Assembly (NCBI GenBank): GCA_002633005.1 | Contig: NMRA01000076.1 | Coordinates: 248,001 to 312,000, forward strand | Origin: Phoronis australis | Lineage: Eukaryota; Animalia; Phoronida | DNA length: 64,000 nt | Reading direction: 5' to 3' | Shown here: piece by piece, positions 63,003 through 64,000 of the stretch | Numbering within the stretch: position 1 is the stretch's first letter | Layout of the letters: every line of letters starts with the position of its first letter | Position numbers and translations under genes: made by a program | Notes under the pieces: generated by a model | Told to the model about the DNA's origin: nothing | The model's database searches: none | Seen by the model: the letters and a program-made list of their open reading frames with translations, nothing else

Positions 63003-64000
63003 CTGAAAGGGGCGTGGCAACAAAATCAACCAACAACACTTGACTGACACGGAAGCATAAACATTAAAATTGATAACCAGTGAAACAAGACACTAACTGT
63101 CCAAGAAATTAAATCTAATAACACATGACATTATTCGCAATCCTCATCTCGTTTTACTCTCATGCAACATAACTCGTGGCGTACCCCGCGCAAAATAGAT
63201 TACAATGATTGTGAAAAATATCAAATATCCGCATACCTGAAAGTCTATATTATGTTGTAAAACATGTAACAAAAATCAAACGGGCTGCACAAAGCACCGG
63301 TACTCACGTACTGGACTACGTTCTAATAGTAATTAAAATACAGGTAAAACACCGAACGGAAAAGTAGTTTATGATCGACATATGTCCCAAATAATAGATA
63401 AATGATACGTGCGCCGCAAGCTCGTTACCAGAGATGAAAAGGAGACCGAGGTAGGCGATATAAGGTCATTTATTATGACTAGTACAATTAATAAAATAAA
63501 TACACGTAAAAAAATGAGTTTTTGACGTACAATAATGTGGCCGAAACAAGGTGAACTGAAAGCGAGGTTAGGAAAAACTCCCCTAAAGACACATGACAAT
63601 CATCAGCCTATAAGAGCCAAGAGCTGACCAAACTCGAGGCACGTGATAACAGCCGACCAATGCGAAGGCTGGGAAACCGACGTGTAGTCCTACACAAGGG
63701 AATAATGGAATAGACAGACATGAGGGGGAAAAGGAGTAAGACAGGTCCATATGCTCACATCAATATATTAAACAAGTGAAATACCATTTCTCTTTGGGGC
63801 ATGGTAAATGCACCTAGATGAGGTTCTGTAACTGCTTTAAATTGGTTCATAACTAGCATGCAGCCCATTTTGAGAACATTGGGATGACCCAAGTTGTACA
63901 TCAGCTAAACGTGCCACGGATTTGTTGACCAAGTCTCATCTTCTGGGTTTCGCAATTCGGTGAAAGTACTGTGCAATTAGGCCAATAACCCATGTATGCA

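Noticed and set aside
63785-63968. Further upstream exon
   Set aside because: All three frames hit stops from the best acceptor; only an unconvincing 29-bp exon would fit.

Overview
AT-rich animal (probably marine invertebrate) genomic DNA. The whole window lies inside one giant minus-strand protein-coding gene whose start and stop are both outside it. I traced 48 GT-AG exons with mutually compatible phases (about 10.1 kb coding, about 3,370 aa). From N to C terminus they encode a beta-strand-rich region, a long run of FN3-like repeats (DxTPP...W..F.D.ESGI..Y...GT), a PAN/apple module, a Thr-rich stretch, a region with furin-type sites, and bacterial-Ig/cadherin-like repeats. I do not recognise a gene name. 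The introns hold a truncated CR1/L2 LINE, two copies of a 1.5 kb CATG-ended TIR element with an apparent 1-bp target duplication, and a Helentron-type element carrying a CTCF-like motif array. They also hold several MITEs (Tc2, pogo, P, hAT-like, foldback) and minisatellites, two of which duplicate splice sites. Two duplications around single Ns and one N gap look like assembly artefacts. Family assignments come from motif recognition only; no searches were run.
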